A DNA stretch of 62,025 nucleotides from Planctomycetota bacterium (lineage in GTDB: Bacteria > Planctomycetota > UBA11346): positions 1-62,025 of the forward strand of contig JAQIBG010000003.1 of the NCBI GenBank assembly GCA_027859175.1, read 5' to 3'. The translations under genes were made by a program, and so were the position numbers. The notes below the pieces were generated by a model. It did not search any database. It saw nothing but the letters and a program-made list of their open reading frames with translations, and had not been told where the DNA came from. Below, piece by piece: positions 18,812-27,281 of the stretch (the stretch's first letter is position 1; each line of letters begins with the position of its first letter).

Positions 18812-21157
18812 CTACTTGACCTCTACTTCAATGAGACCCTCTGCGGTAGCCTTCCAAGATTCCATCGCGCAACCTGCCATCCCATGGCCGGCGCCAAAAT
18901 AGGGGTTCCTTATCGGCCCTGCCTCGCCCTGAAGCCAAACCCCCTTTTCAGGGACATCCCGAGCCATACCGCATCGATAGAAATTCACTCCATCAAAGGC
19001 GCCAGAACCAGCAGCAGCCGCATCGCGAACGGCAACCAAAACATGGCCAAATGCCACCCGTGCAGACTGCAGGTCAGAAGCCAAACTGATAGCATGGGCC
19101 TGATGCATGGCTGCCACCCAATTCACCCCAAGATCCTCCAGTGCCGTTTTCAGTTCTTTCCCAGCGGTTCTTGACTGCTCAAGATCATTCGCATACAGGG
19201 CCCGCTGCAGTGCCAGAACCATCTCGACGTGTTCAGGCTCAATTGAAATCAGCGCGCCAGTGCTCTGTTTTGCTGTGCCATCATCGGCCTCGTCCGAAGG
19301 CGCTTGTCTCTCACGCTCAGTGTCCGCCTGACCTGCCTTTGGAAGTGCCCATACCTCGGCCGCACAACTACGCATCTCTGACGAAGCGCCGTAATAGGGA
19401 TTACGCACATCATCCCCACGCTGCAGCCAGACGCCGCCCCTGGGAACACCCTCCGCCATACCACATCGCATTCCAACCACCGCACTCGCAAGCCCACTTG
19501 GCTGCCCAAACACTTTGAGCAAGCCGTTCATTGTGATGCTCAGATCTCCAAACCCAACACGCAGCGCCGGCATTGCATGGATGTTCAGCGCAACAGCCTG
19601 AGACTGTAAGGACGCGACATCTGGATATTTGTGGTGAAAGTGCTGATCTGCCTGTGTGCCAATGTCAACGAACTCTGCAACCGAGGCATGAAGGCTTGCA
19701 ACAGCCTCGCCAGTCATGCTGCCATCACCGTCATACAAGACCTCTTGAAGCGCCAGGTAACTGCGCACCACTTTCGCCCATGCCTCTTGTGCACCCCCGG
19801 GCAATTCAATTAGCGATCCCGCCTGCGGGGCCGGAGCCGGGGCCTGCTCTGTCGCCAGATCGCCCTTCATGATTTTCGCCAGAGCCTCACGCATCTTGCT
19901 CTCGCTATCGAGCAAGAACTGTCCGGAAGTAACGACCTGTTCGCCGGCCGTAATACCGTCCTGAATTGCAATGCGGCCATCTGATCCCTTCGGACCAAGC
20001 GTGACATCGCGAGGCTCAAATTTACCTCGCCCCAAACTTACGAAGACCACATTGCGAGAGCCTGTTCCGATAACAGACTCAGCAGGCACGGTGACTGCCT
20101 GGGCTGCTCGCAGTGATGGCATGAAGACCGTAGCAAACATACCTGGCTTAAGCACTGGGCCTTGCGGGCCATCCGCGTTCTCGAATACAAAGCGCACGCG
20201 CACCTCGCGAGTCTGCTGGTCAACTGCAGGGTATATACGCTCGATGCGCCCACTAAATTCGCGGCGTGCTCCGTAATCCATGCGCACCTGGGCTGTCTGC
20301 CCCAACGAGATGAAGGGTAACTGCTGTTCGTAAATGGTCGCCTCAACCCATACGCTGCCGAGGGCAACCAGTCTATAGGCTACGGTATTGGGCATTATCT
20401 GACTGCCCTGGTTAATATTCTTAGTCCAAACAACGCCGCTTACGGGTGATCGTATGGTCACGGTATCAGTGGCCGTTCCATCGCTCTGTAAACGAGACAG
20501 TTCCTCTGGAGGAAGTGCCATCAGCTTGAGTCGCTGCTCTGCCGCATCGAGCAGTTGTTCTTTGTGGGCGCTTTCGATGGCCTGGCTCGCAATGAGCCAC
20601 TCGCGTTCCGCTGTCAGCACCTGAGGCGCGTAAATACGAAAGAGCGGATCTCCTGCAGCAACGCGTGTCCATTTGGCATCTACATACATCTCCTCTATCC
20701 ACCCACCAAAGCGCTGGACGATGTCCGTAACCTGAGACTCATCGATTGTCACGGTGCCAACGGTTCGAACATCCCGAATGATGTCGCCGATCCGTGCCTC
20801 TGCGATACGCACGCCCATGTTCTGAACGATCACCGGGTCAATACTGATCTCCCCGGCAAAACGGTCGGGGTCAACCGGAGTCAGATCCATCCCGCAAATG
20901 GGACACTGACCCGGTTCAGGCTGAATGATCCAGGGGTGCATCTGGCTTATATACCACGTTCCAGACGCAGCCTTTTCTTCAACAGCAGCAGCCCGGTGCG
21001 AGTCGGCCCACGATTTGACCACAGGGCCGATCGCCACTCCTACGGTCATGGCTATTAGCGCAATGACCGCACAGATGACGATGATACGAAGTGATGGGCC
21101 ACGCGGCGGCTTACCACTATGGGTAGTCGGCGCAGAGGATGGGTTTCTTTCGGACAT
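18812..21157 (-). CDS. cusB: CusB-type periplasmic adaptor with an N-terminal metal-binding module and a 348-aa C-terminal extension (two DUF3347-like modules)
   Basis: N-terminal module WYISQMHPWIIQPEPGQCPICGMDLTPV (20873..20956). The barrel-sandwich/beta-barrel core extends to ...SGQFLLDSESKMREA. The extension spans 18815..19858. Start taken at ATG 21157 (MSERNP.. then a TM anchor), 13 nt after the cusC stop codon. Confidence 0.85.
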   Translation of the reverse strand: MSERNPSSAPTTHSGKPPRGPSLRIIVICAVIALIAMTVGVAIGPVVKSWADSHRAAAVEEKAASGTWYISQMHPWIIQPEPGQCPICGMDLTPVDPDRFAGEISIDPVIVQNMGVRIAEARIGDIIRDVRTVGTVTIDESQVTDIVQRFGGWIEEMYVDAKWTRVAAGDPLFRIYAPQVLTAEREWLIASQAIESAHKEQLLDAAEQRLKLMALPPEELSRLQSDGTATDTVTIRSPVSGVVWTKNINQGSQIMPNTVAYRLVALGSVWVEATIYEQQLPFISLGQTAQVRMDYGARREFSGRIERIYPAVDQQTREVRVRFVFENADGPQGPVLKPGMFATVFMPSLRAAQAVTVPAESVIGTGSRNVVFVSLGRGKFEPRDVTLGPKGSDGRIAIQDGITAGEQVVTSGQFLLDSESKMREALAKIMKGDLATEQAPAPAPQAGSLIELPGGAQEAWAKVVRSYLALQEVLYDGDGSMTGEAVASLHASVAEFVDIGTQADQHFHHKYPDVASLQSQAVALNIHAMPALRVGFGDLSITMNGLLKVFGQPSGLASAVVGMRCGMAEGVPRGGVWLQRGDDVRNPYYGASSEMRSCAAEVWALPKAGQADTERERQAPSDEADDGTAKQSTGALISIEPEHVEMVLALQRALYANDLEQSRTAGKELKTALEDLGVNWVAAMHQAHAISLASDLQSARVAFGHVLVAVRDAAAAGSGAFDGVNFYRCGMARDVPEKGVWLQGEAGPIRNPYFGAGHGMAGCAMESWKATAEGLIEVEVK

Positions 21158-21170
21158 ATTTGGCCCGTTC

Positions 21171-22577
21171 CTATTCAAGTTCACGGAGTTGCTGAATTGC
21201 ACTGCTGATAACGCCTGCTGACTGTAGGATGCGGGCTTCCGCGACACCGGCATCACGAGTAAGTCGGACAATACTCATCTCTAGCATCAGGAGCTGCTGT
21301 GCCGATTGAATGATGTCGGCGAAGCTACTTGTCCCCGCCATATAGTTGCTCGTTTCCGCTTGGTAGGCCTGCTTGGCCTGCTCAATCATCCCGCCGCGAA
21401 ACAATGCGAGTTGTTCATGGGCGCTTTCCCACCCGCTCAACGCGGTGCGCACATCACGCTTAAGGGTGTCTGAAATCGCCAGCCTCTCACTGGCCACCTC
21501 ATCACGAGCAGCTTCAGCCTCCCTGTCGCTGGCGCCATATGAGTCGAACCAAATTGGCAGACTCATGGAAGCCCCCACCCACCATTGATCCTGACCAGAG
21601 GTAGGCCCCATGAGGTTGCGGTCATCAACCATATTATAGTTGAAACTCAGGCCGAATTCTGGCCTGTGACGAGCTACTGCCATATTGCGGAGCGCGTCGG
21701 CTCGCTGCCGATTGGCAAGATTACCGAGAACGTCCGCGCGATACTGGCGGGCCAAAGGCAGCAATTGATCTTCTCTATATCGATTTTGAGATGGCAGCTT
21801 GTTGTGAATGTCTGGCAAAGGCTCTTCTTGTGGTAATGAGAGAGCTTGGCGCAGATTGGCCATGCTCGTTTGCGCTCGCTCATTCCAGGCCATCTGCATC
21901 GTTCGAAGTCGATCAATCTCAACGCCAATGCGCAAAACATCGCTTTGCTTTCCGCCCCCTACTTCAAGCCGTTGGAGAACCTGCTGTTGGAGTTGTGACA
22001 AAAGACTGATTTGCTCATCAACAATACTGTGACTGCGCGTAGCCGCCCTCCAACTCCACCATGCCTTACGAATTTCCGCAGCGATCTTGACTTGCTCAGC
22101 ATGCCAGGCTGCTTCCGCAGTACGGACATCGGCACGCGCCCGAGCCACTTGAGCACTCAAAAGACCTGGCGCCGGAAACTGCTGACTTACTCCCGCCATC
22201 AGCGCAACTTCACCGGCAGCCGTTTGTGCCATGTCACCGAATGGAGCCACCTGAATCTTCGGAGCGGGAAGACTGCCGGTGGCATCCACACGATGCGTCA
22301 TGCGATCGACGGCAATCGACTTGGCCTGCACCGCCGGATTGCGATCCAGCCCAAACAGAACCAACCCATCCAGATCAGTTGGTGCACGGTCCTGTTGGTG
22401 ATCATCATTCACCAGAGCGCTCGATGTCGGCGGGCCCTGCATGCGAGCGGTGCCCTCGGTCACCAAAGCCCGTTGCGAGTTTTCACTCTGAATCCTTCTC
22501 GCGCTCACCTCCCAAACCGGCGTACAAGCCGAAAAGAAGACTGCCAGGATGGCCGTGACCGTGACAGTAAAGCGCAT
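21171..22577 (-). CDS. cusC: TolC/CusC-family outer-membrane efflux protein
   Basis: 468 aa with a signal/lipoprotein-like N-terminus MRFTVTVTAILAVFFSAC. It has the two-repeat coiled-coil/beta-barrel OEP pattern and sits first of a cusCBA order. Confidence 0.8.
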   Translation of the reverse strand: MRFTVTVTAILAVFFSACTPVWEVSARRIQSENSQRALVTEGTARMQGPPTSSALVNDDHQQDRAPTDLDGLVLFGLDRNPAVQAKSIAVDRMTHRVDATGSLPAPKIQVAPFGDMAQTAAGEVALMAGVSQQFPAPGLLSAQVARARADVRTAEAAWHAEQVKIAAEIRKAWWSWRAATRSHSIVDEQISLLSQLQQQVLQRLEVGGGKQSDVLRIGVEIDRLRTMQMAWNERAQTSMANLRQALSLPQEEPLPDIHNKLPSQNRYREDQLLPLARQYRADVLGNLANRQRADALRNMAVARHRPEFGLSFNYNMVDDRNLMGPTSGQDQWWVGASMSLPIWFDSYGASDREAEAARDEVASERLAISDTLKRDVRTALSGWESAHEQLALFRGGMIEQAKQAYQAETSNYMAGTSSFADIIQSAQQLLMLEMSIVRLTRDAGVAEARILQSAGVISSAIQQLRELE

Positions 22578-22768
22578 GTTCCTGTTCCTTAAAAAAAGGC
22601 CCGATGAGGACCACCGCGAGCGCCAATGCCGGTTCCGCCAATCTCTGACGTATCGCCTACTGTGCGCTGCAAAGCGGGGCCCTCATGAGCCATCAACGGT
22701 CGAAAAACCGTTTTGTGCTGGACCATAAGCCCCGGTAGCGCCTTTAGTCGCAGCACCTCACAAAGAAG

Positions 22769-23158
22769 TCAGTCTTTATGTTTGTGCTCATCGTGCTGCA
22801 TCCCACCCGCGCCCTTTTCATGTGGCATGGTCGCCTTCTCGTGGGGCATGGGGCCCGATTCACCATGGGCCGCACCTTCCAGTCGCTTCATTTTCTTAAG
22901 ATAGAGGTCTGGTTGAGCTGCAAACTTTTTGATGCATCCATTACAGCAAACAGTCACCTCCTGACCTGCGTACACGAAGGAGCGTTCCATGCCCTTCATG
23001 CTTCCGATCGCTTCATCACTCACCAAGCAGGTGGCGATTGGATATGGGCGGAAGGTGACGATGGTACTTGGGTCAAGTGGGTCGCCCTCAACTGCACTGA
23101 GAGATGAAGTGGCAACGATAGCGAGTATCAGCGAAACCGCGACGTTAGTTGTGCGCAT
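22769..23158 (-). CDS. Small exported TRASH/YHS-like protein with a Met/His-rich tail
   Basis: GGAG lies 8 nt upstream of ATG 23158. Signal peptide MRTTNVAVSLILAIVATSSLSA. TRASH-like segment CLVSDEAIGSMKGMERSFVYAGQEVTVCCNGCIKKFAAQPDLY. Tail HGESGPMPHEKATMPHEKGAGGMQHDEHKHKD. Confidence 0.65.
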   Translation of the reverse strand: MRTTNVAVSLILAIVATSSLSAVEGDPLDPSTIVTFRPYPIATCLVSDEAIGSMKGMERSFVYAGQEVTVCCNGCIKKFAAQPDLYLKKMKRLEGAAHGESGPMPHEKATMPHEKGAGGMQHDEHKHKD

Positions 23159-23206
23159 GGAAGGACTCCTCATGGTGGTTCTGGTTACGCCATGAAAGGT
23201 CACCTA

Positions 23207-23222
23207 TGCACCGGCTGTTCCA
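23207..23222 (-). promoter_or_regulatory. Weak sigma-54-like -24/-12 element (TGGAAC-N5-GTGCA) upstream of the small TRASH gene
   Basis: On the minus strand TGGAACAGCCGGTGCA has the GG-N10-GC spacing of the TGGCACG-N4-TTGC consensus. It ends 48 nt before the ATG. This is a single motif match, and no activator gene is seen in the window. Confidence 0.2.
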
Positions 23223-23354
23223 TCGTTTGTCTGCCTATCACACTAGTCGCTAATCGAGTGGAATCTTATGCCATTGTCATTACATGGGTTACATACCATG
23301 ATCAGTAACGGTCTCCACGTACCCGCAAAGCCCTAGCAACCAAACTGGACCACG

Positions 23355-24041
23355 ATGGCGAGCTCACTCTTCCCCCCAACACGCTGGAGTCTCATTGATC
23401 ACATCGATGACCAACACTCGATGACCTTACTTCTCGAGCATTACGCTGATGCCCTGACTCGCTATCTGGGCAGCAAGTTCCCCGAAATGCGACGACGCGG
23501 TGACATCGACGATTTGGTTCAGGAAGTCTTATTGGCACTCATGAGGCAAGGCCATGTCTTGCAACGAGCGGATCCGGCTCATGGCGGCCGATTCCGCCAC
23601 TTCCTCATGCGCGTTGCCTACAATGCAGCGCGCAATGCGCGAAGGCGGCTCGATCGTCATCACTGGAGCCTACTGGCAGACGAGGCAGTGGCCGAGTGCG
23701 TTAACGATGATACTGAGGTCTTACACGAGACAGAAATGGACCGCGCTTGGGCAGAGAGCATCTTGCATCAAGCCTGGACCGAATTGCGTGCCTGGGCAGC
23801 GCAAGGACATATTGAAGCCGACGGCGTTGAACTCCTAGAGCGTAATCTTCTGAATAATCAGGCATTACGTAATGCAGCAGGCGAGATGGGGCTGAGTCTC
23901 GGCACAGCGCATCGTCGCATTGCCAAAGCACGCACCCTTCTGCGTCAGGCCGTCATTGAACACCTGCGCTTCACCGGCGAACTTATTGAAGGCAACGAAG
24001 ATGAAGCTTTTGATCTTTTGATGAAAGCACTCCAGATCTAA
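23355..24041 (+). CDS. ECF-type sigma-70 factor (ECF43-like, kinase-associated)
   Basis: N-terminal PPTRWSLI motif. Region 2 reads DDLVQEVLLALM ... FRHFLMRVAYNAARNARRR. Region 4 HTH reads AAGEMGLSLGTAHRRIAKARTLLRQAV. It is followed 44 nt later by a Ser/Thr kinase gene. Confidence 0.8.
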   Translation: MASSLFPPTRWSLIDHIDDQHSMTLLLEHYADALTRYLGSKFPEMRRRGDIDDLVQEVLLALMRQGHVLQRADPAHGGRFRHFLMRVAYNAARNARRRLDRHHWSLLADEAVAECVNDDTEVLHETEMDRAWAESILHQAWTELRAWAAQGHIEADGVELLERNLLNNQALRNAAGEMGLSLGTAHRRIAKARTLLRQAVIEHLRFTGELIEGNEDEAFDLLMKALQI

Positions 24042-24085
24042 TCGGGTATGGAACACTTTCCATAACAGGAACCTTTCTCCATACC

Positions 24086-26404
24086 ATGTCCACACCAATG
24101 AATGCCTGGAAACCGTCGGACGAAGACCTTGCGTCATACGTCCGCGGCGCTCTGCCCACCGTACGCTTTACTCAAGTAGATAATTGGCTGGCACAACAAG
24201 ATGAGGACATGGTCGCGGCACTCCTGGAACTGGCGAACGGAAGACAGGCGCCGTCATATGCCAGCACTAGTGACTCAGATTCGGGTACGTACAAGTCCAG
24301 CGGCCGGCATCGATTTACCATTGCCGAGAACATTGCCTCTGGTGGCATGGGGTCGATCGACTCCGTTTACGACGGAATCTTAGACCGGGATGTGGTCCTT
24401 AAGAGGTGCCACCCTCGCGCGCCAGACGAACCGGTCGAAACCCACCTTGAACGGCAACACCTATTCAGACTCGAGGCCCTTCTCACGGCGAGGCTCGAGC
24501 ATCCATCCATCATTCCAGTCCATGACTTTGGCCAGGATGAGTTCGGCGAACCAAGCATGGTCCTTAAAAAGCTCAATGGCCAGGATCTCATGCTTTACGC
24601 CAAAGAGCATCGCAAGAATGCCAACTGGTCCATTACTGAAGGGGTTGACATTGCCATTAGGGTCTGCGAGGCGATGGCTTACGCGCATGCGGCAGGCGTT
24701 GTTCACCGTGACCTAAAACCTGACAACCTCATTATTGGCGAGTATGGTGCGGTTACCGTCATTGATTGGGGACTTGCAGCCGCGATCAAGCCTGCGCCAG
24801 AATTATCAACAGACCAAGGCGACCATCCAACCGCAGCGCCAGTGGCCCCTGTTACCCACTTCTACGGAACCCCGGCGTGGATGGCGCCGGAACAGGCACG
24901 CGGAACGCCCGCTGATCCCCGCATGGACGTATGGGCTCTTGGAGGCATTCTCGCCTTCATGTTCACGGGGAAAGATCCGAGGAAGTTGCCGAAGCAATGT
25001 TCCCGCACAACTCTGGTTGAGACGATTCGCAATACCCCACCCAATGATCGGCGCTATTTCGAGGCGATGCCACCATCCCTGAGAGCCGTTGCGCAACGCT
25101 GCCTGGATCGCAACCCAGAGCACCGTTACCCACATGCGGGGGCCGTCTTGGCTGAACTTCGGCGATGGCTCAGCGACGGCATTACCGAGGCACAAAACCC
25201 TGGTCCAGTCCGGCGAGGAATGGCTCTGATCCGCCGCTACCGTGGACCAGTCATCGTTGCGCTCACTTCTATTCTGTTGATTGGCGCGTTCGCGCTTAGC
25301 CAGGTTTTGCACCACAGATACCACACTGCTTTTGCCGAAGAAACCGCCGCTCGACTACTTTCACAGACCCCCGTGCTTGATCTCGATGCGGTGGAAACAG
25401 CGCTCGTTCAGCTTGATGCAATGCGAGAACAATACGGCGACTTACCCGCAATTACCGCGGCGCATGGCCATTTCACCTCGGTTGCCAATGACCTACGCGA
25501 ACAGATTGCACTCGAAGACCTTGAAGCAAGGTTGACTGCAATTGAGACGGACACACGAATCCGAGGCCCCCAGGCCAGTCAAATCGCAACGCGAATGGCC
25601 TTACTCAACGATGCGGGCATTGACTGGGAAAATCCGTCCGCTCACACAAACCTGTCAGAGCACCCGCTAAGCGATGAACTTCTGGCCAACCTGGCAGCGC
25701 TAGAAGGCCTCCTTCTTCTGCACGATCGCAACCATGATGAACACCGCCACCAGCAGCATGAGCAGATACGTGATCTGTTCAGGTCAGCTTCGTCGTCTCC
25801 ACCCTGGACAAGTTTGGCCAGCATTTTGGAGGCTGCTCACGTACAACCTCACGACCTACACTTGCCCAATACCATCGATGATGACCTGTCGGCAGCACTG
25901 GCCCACCCCGTGGTCGCCGATGTGCTCTTACCAATAACAGCACCCGATGCCCGATTATTGGTCTATGCAACCAAGCGCCTGAACGACAATATTGGCGCCA
26001 ATATTGGCGCCTTCTGGCCACACATGCTGTTAGCACGCAGCTATTTGGTAGACGGACGCCTCAGCCAGGCAGAGAGGCATGCGCTCATCGCGCTCGGCAC
26101 TGAGCCCGACAGCTCGCTGCCAAAGCTCCTGCTCGCTTACGTAGCACTTGAACGATCTGATACCGTTGGATTTCAACAGTATTTCGAGTCCCTGAAAAAC
26201 GAAACGAATGAGAGTGTTGAGATACTTATCCTCAACGCTGCCTTTCTCGCAAAAAACGGGAAGACTGTTGCGGCGCAAGACGCAATTGACGCCGGCAATC
26301 CATGGGACCACCTGCGCTTGCATAGCCACGTTCACGCTCCACATCCAATGGACCGAAGCATTGCCGTTTTGAAGGCAGCAGGTGTAAGGTTGACTCCACC
26401 GTAG
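24086..26404 (+). CDS. Hanks-type Ser/Thr protein kinase with one TM segment and a TPR-like C-terminal domain
   Basis: Catalytic motifs: G-loop ASGGMGSIDSV, VVLK, HRDLKPDNLI, DWG (DFG variant) and GTPAWMAPEQ. TM segment VIVALTSILLIGAFALSQV. The C-terminal part consists of helical repeats. Confidence 0.9.
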   Translation: MSTPMNAWKPSDEDLASYVRGALPTVRFTQVDNWLAQQDEDMVAALLELANGRQAPSYASTSDSDSGTYKSSGRHRFTIAENIASGGMGSIDSVYDGILDRDVVLKRCHPRAPDEPVETHLERQHLFRLEALLTARLEHPSIIPVHDFGQDEFGEPSMVLKKLNGQDLMLYAKEHRKNANWSITEGVDIAIRVCEAMAYAHAAGVVHRDLKPDNLIIGEYGAVTVIDWGLAAAIKPAPELSTDQGDHPTAAPVAPVTHFYGTPAWMAPEQARGTPADPRMDVWALGGILAFMFTGKDPRKLPKQCSRTTLVETIRNTPPNDRRYFEAMPPSLRAVAQRCLDRNPEHRYPHAGAVLAELRRWLSDGITEAQNPGPVRRGMALIRRYRGPVIVALTSILLIGAFALSQVLHHRYHTAFAEETAARLLSQTPVLDLDAVETALVQLDAMREQYGDLPAITAAHGHFTSVANDLREQIALEDLEARLTAIETDTRIRGPQASQIATRMALLNDAGIDWENPSAHTNLSEHPLSDELLANLAALEGLLLLHDRNHDEHRHQQHEQIRDLFRSASSSPPWTSLASILEAAHVQPHDLHLPNTIDDDLSAALAHPVVADVLLPITAPDARLLVYATKRLNDNIGANIGAFWPHMLLARSYLVDGRLSQAERHALIALGTEPDSSLPKLLLAYVALERSDTVGFQQYFESLKNETNESVEILILNAAFLAKNGKTVAAQDAIDAGNPWDHLRLHSHVHAPHPMDRSIAVLKAAGVRLTPP

Positions 26405-26629
26405 CTAATAAAGATGCGCTGGAACACGACTGCCGCGTGAAATCTTCACCTATGCCGCAGGGCCTCTGGTACACCGTGAAGCAACCCAACAAATCCAGGA
26501 GTCGCCTGCGCTATAACGCAAGCCATTGGCCACAACCCCTCCTCCCAGCACCGCTGCCTGTCAGCACCACTAAGAGCTTCATAAGCTTACATTGGGTGCC
26601 CGCGACAAGGCCAGCGAGAGGTCCCAAAC

Positions 26630-26836
26630 ATGGCCGACTTAGAACGAACATTATCTCCTGATGGAATAACCCACGATCCCGTATGTGGTCGTCCTGTCGA
26701 CATGCAGACAGCGCCCATGGCGGCCTTTGATGGATGCTACTATTTCTGCGGCATGAAGTGCCGCGAAAAGTTTGTGCGCAATCCACACAAATATCTAATA
26801 CCGCCCTGCAGATCTTGCGCAAAACCAGCAGAGTAA
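26630..26836 (+). CDS. Small YHS/TRASH-domain protein
   Basis: HDPVCGRPVDMQTAPMAAFDGCYYFCGMKCREKFVRNPHKY matches the YHS pattern (DPVCGM.V......... G..Y.FCS..C...F...P..Y). Confidence 0.75.
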   Translation: MADLERTLSPDGITHDPVCGRPVDMQTAPMAAFDGCYYFCGMKCREKFVRNPHKYLIPPCRSCAKPAE

Positions 26837-26973
26837 TCTCTCCCCGCGTGGTCGGCGCAAAACGTAATCTGATAGCGCAACCTGCCCACCTCACATGCGC
26901 GCAGCACAGCCCAACAAGAGCCGACCCAGCAAGGCATGGGTCGGCATCTTTCGCCCCAAAAGGGCATTCTCGA

Positions 26974-27005
26974 CCACCTCCCCAGTTTAATTGCCAGGGA
27001 GGTGG
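26974..27005. terminator. Hairpin between the convergent YHS gene and the small secreted-protein gene
   Basis: 9-bp stem, ccacctccc (26974..26982) and gggaggtgg (26997..27005), with a 14-nt A/T-rich loop. Confidence 0.45.
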
Positions 27006-27014
27006 CGGATGACG

Positions 27015-27281
27015 CTAGCCTCGGTCATAAATAAAGTCGAAACCCTCCCAGAGCTCATCAGACTGCTTCTGTTTTGTGTCTTTGATCTGTTCCAGGGCCT
27101 GCCTGACCGCTTCAACCGTCGCGGCGTCGGCCGGGCGGGCAGACTCTTCCTTCGAGGCAGTGCATGCAGCACATGCAGCACATGCCATCTGTTTGCCCGT
27201 ATTGGCGGGAGCGGGGGCCTCGGCGGCGTTAATCGCCGTGCTCGCCAGGATTGCGGCGACAGTGATAATGATGGTGCGCAT
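27015..27281 (-). CDS. Small secreted protein with a C-A-A-C-A-A-C motif
   Basis: AAGGAG lies 6 nt upstream of ATG 27281. Signal peptide MRTIIITVAAILASTAINA/AE. The mature part contains GKQMACAACAACTASKEE, encoded by a 9-nt tandem repeat (gcagcacat x2 on the plus strand, about 27166..27186). No known family. Confidence 0.5.
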   Translation of the reverse strand: MRTIIITVAAILASTAINAAEAPAPANTGKQMACAACAACTASKEESARPADAATVEAVRQALEQIKDTKQKQSDELWEGFDFIYDRG

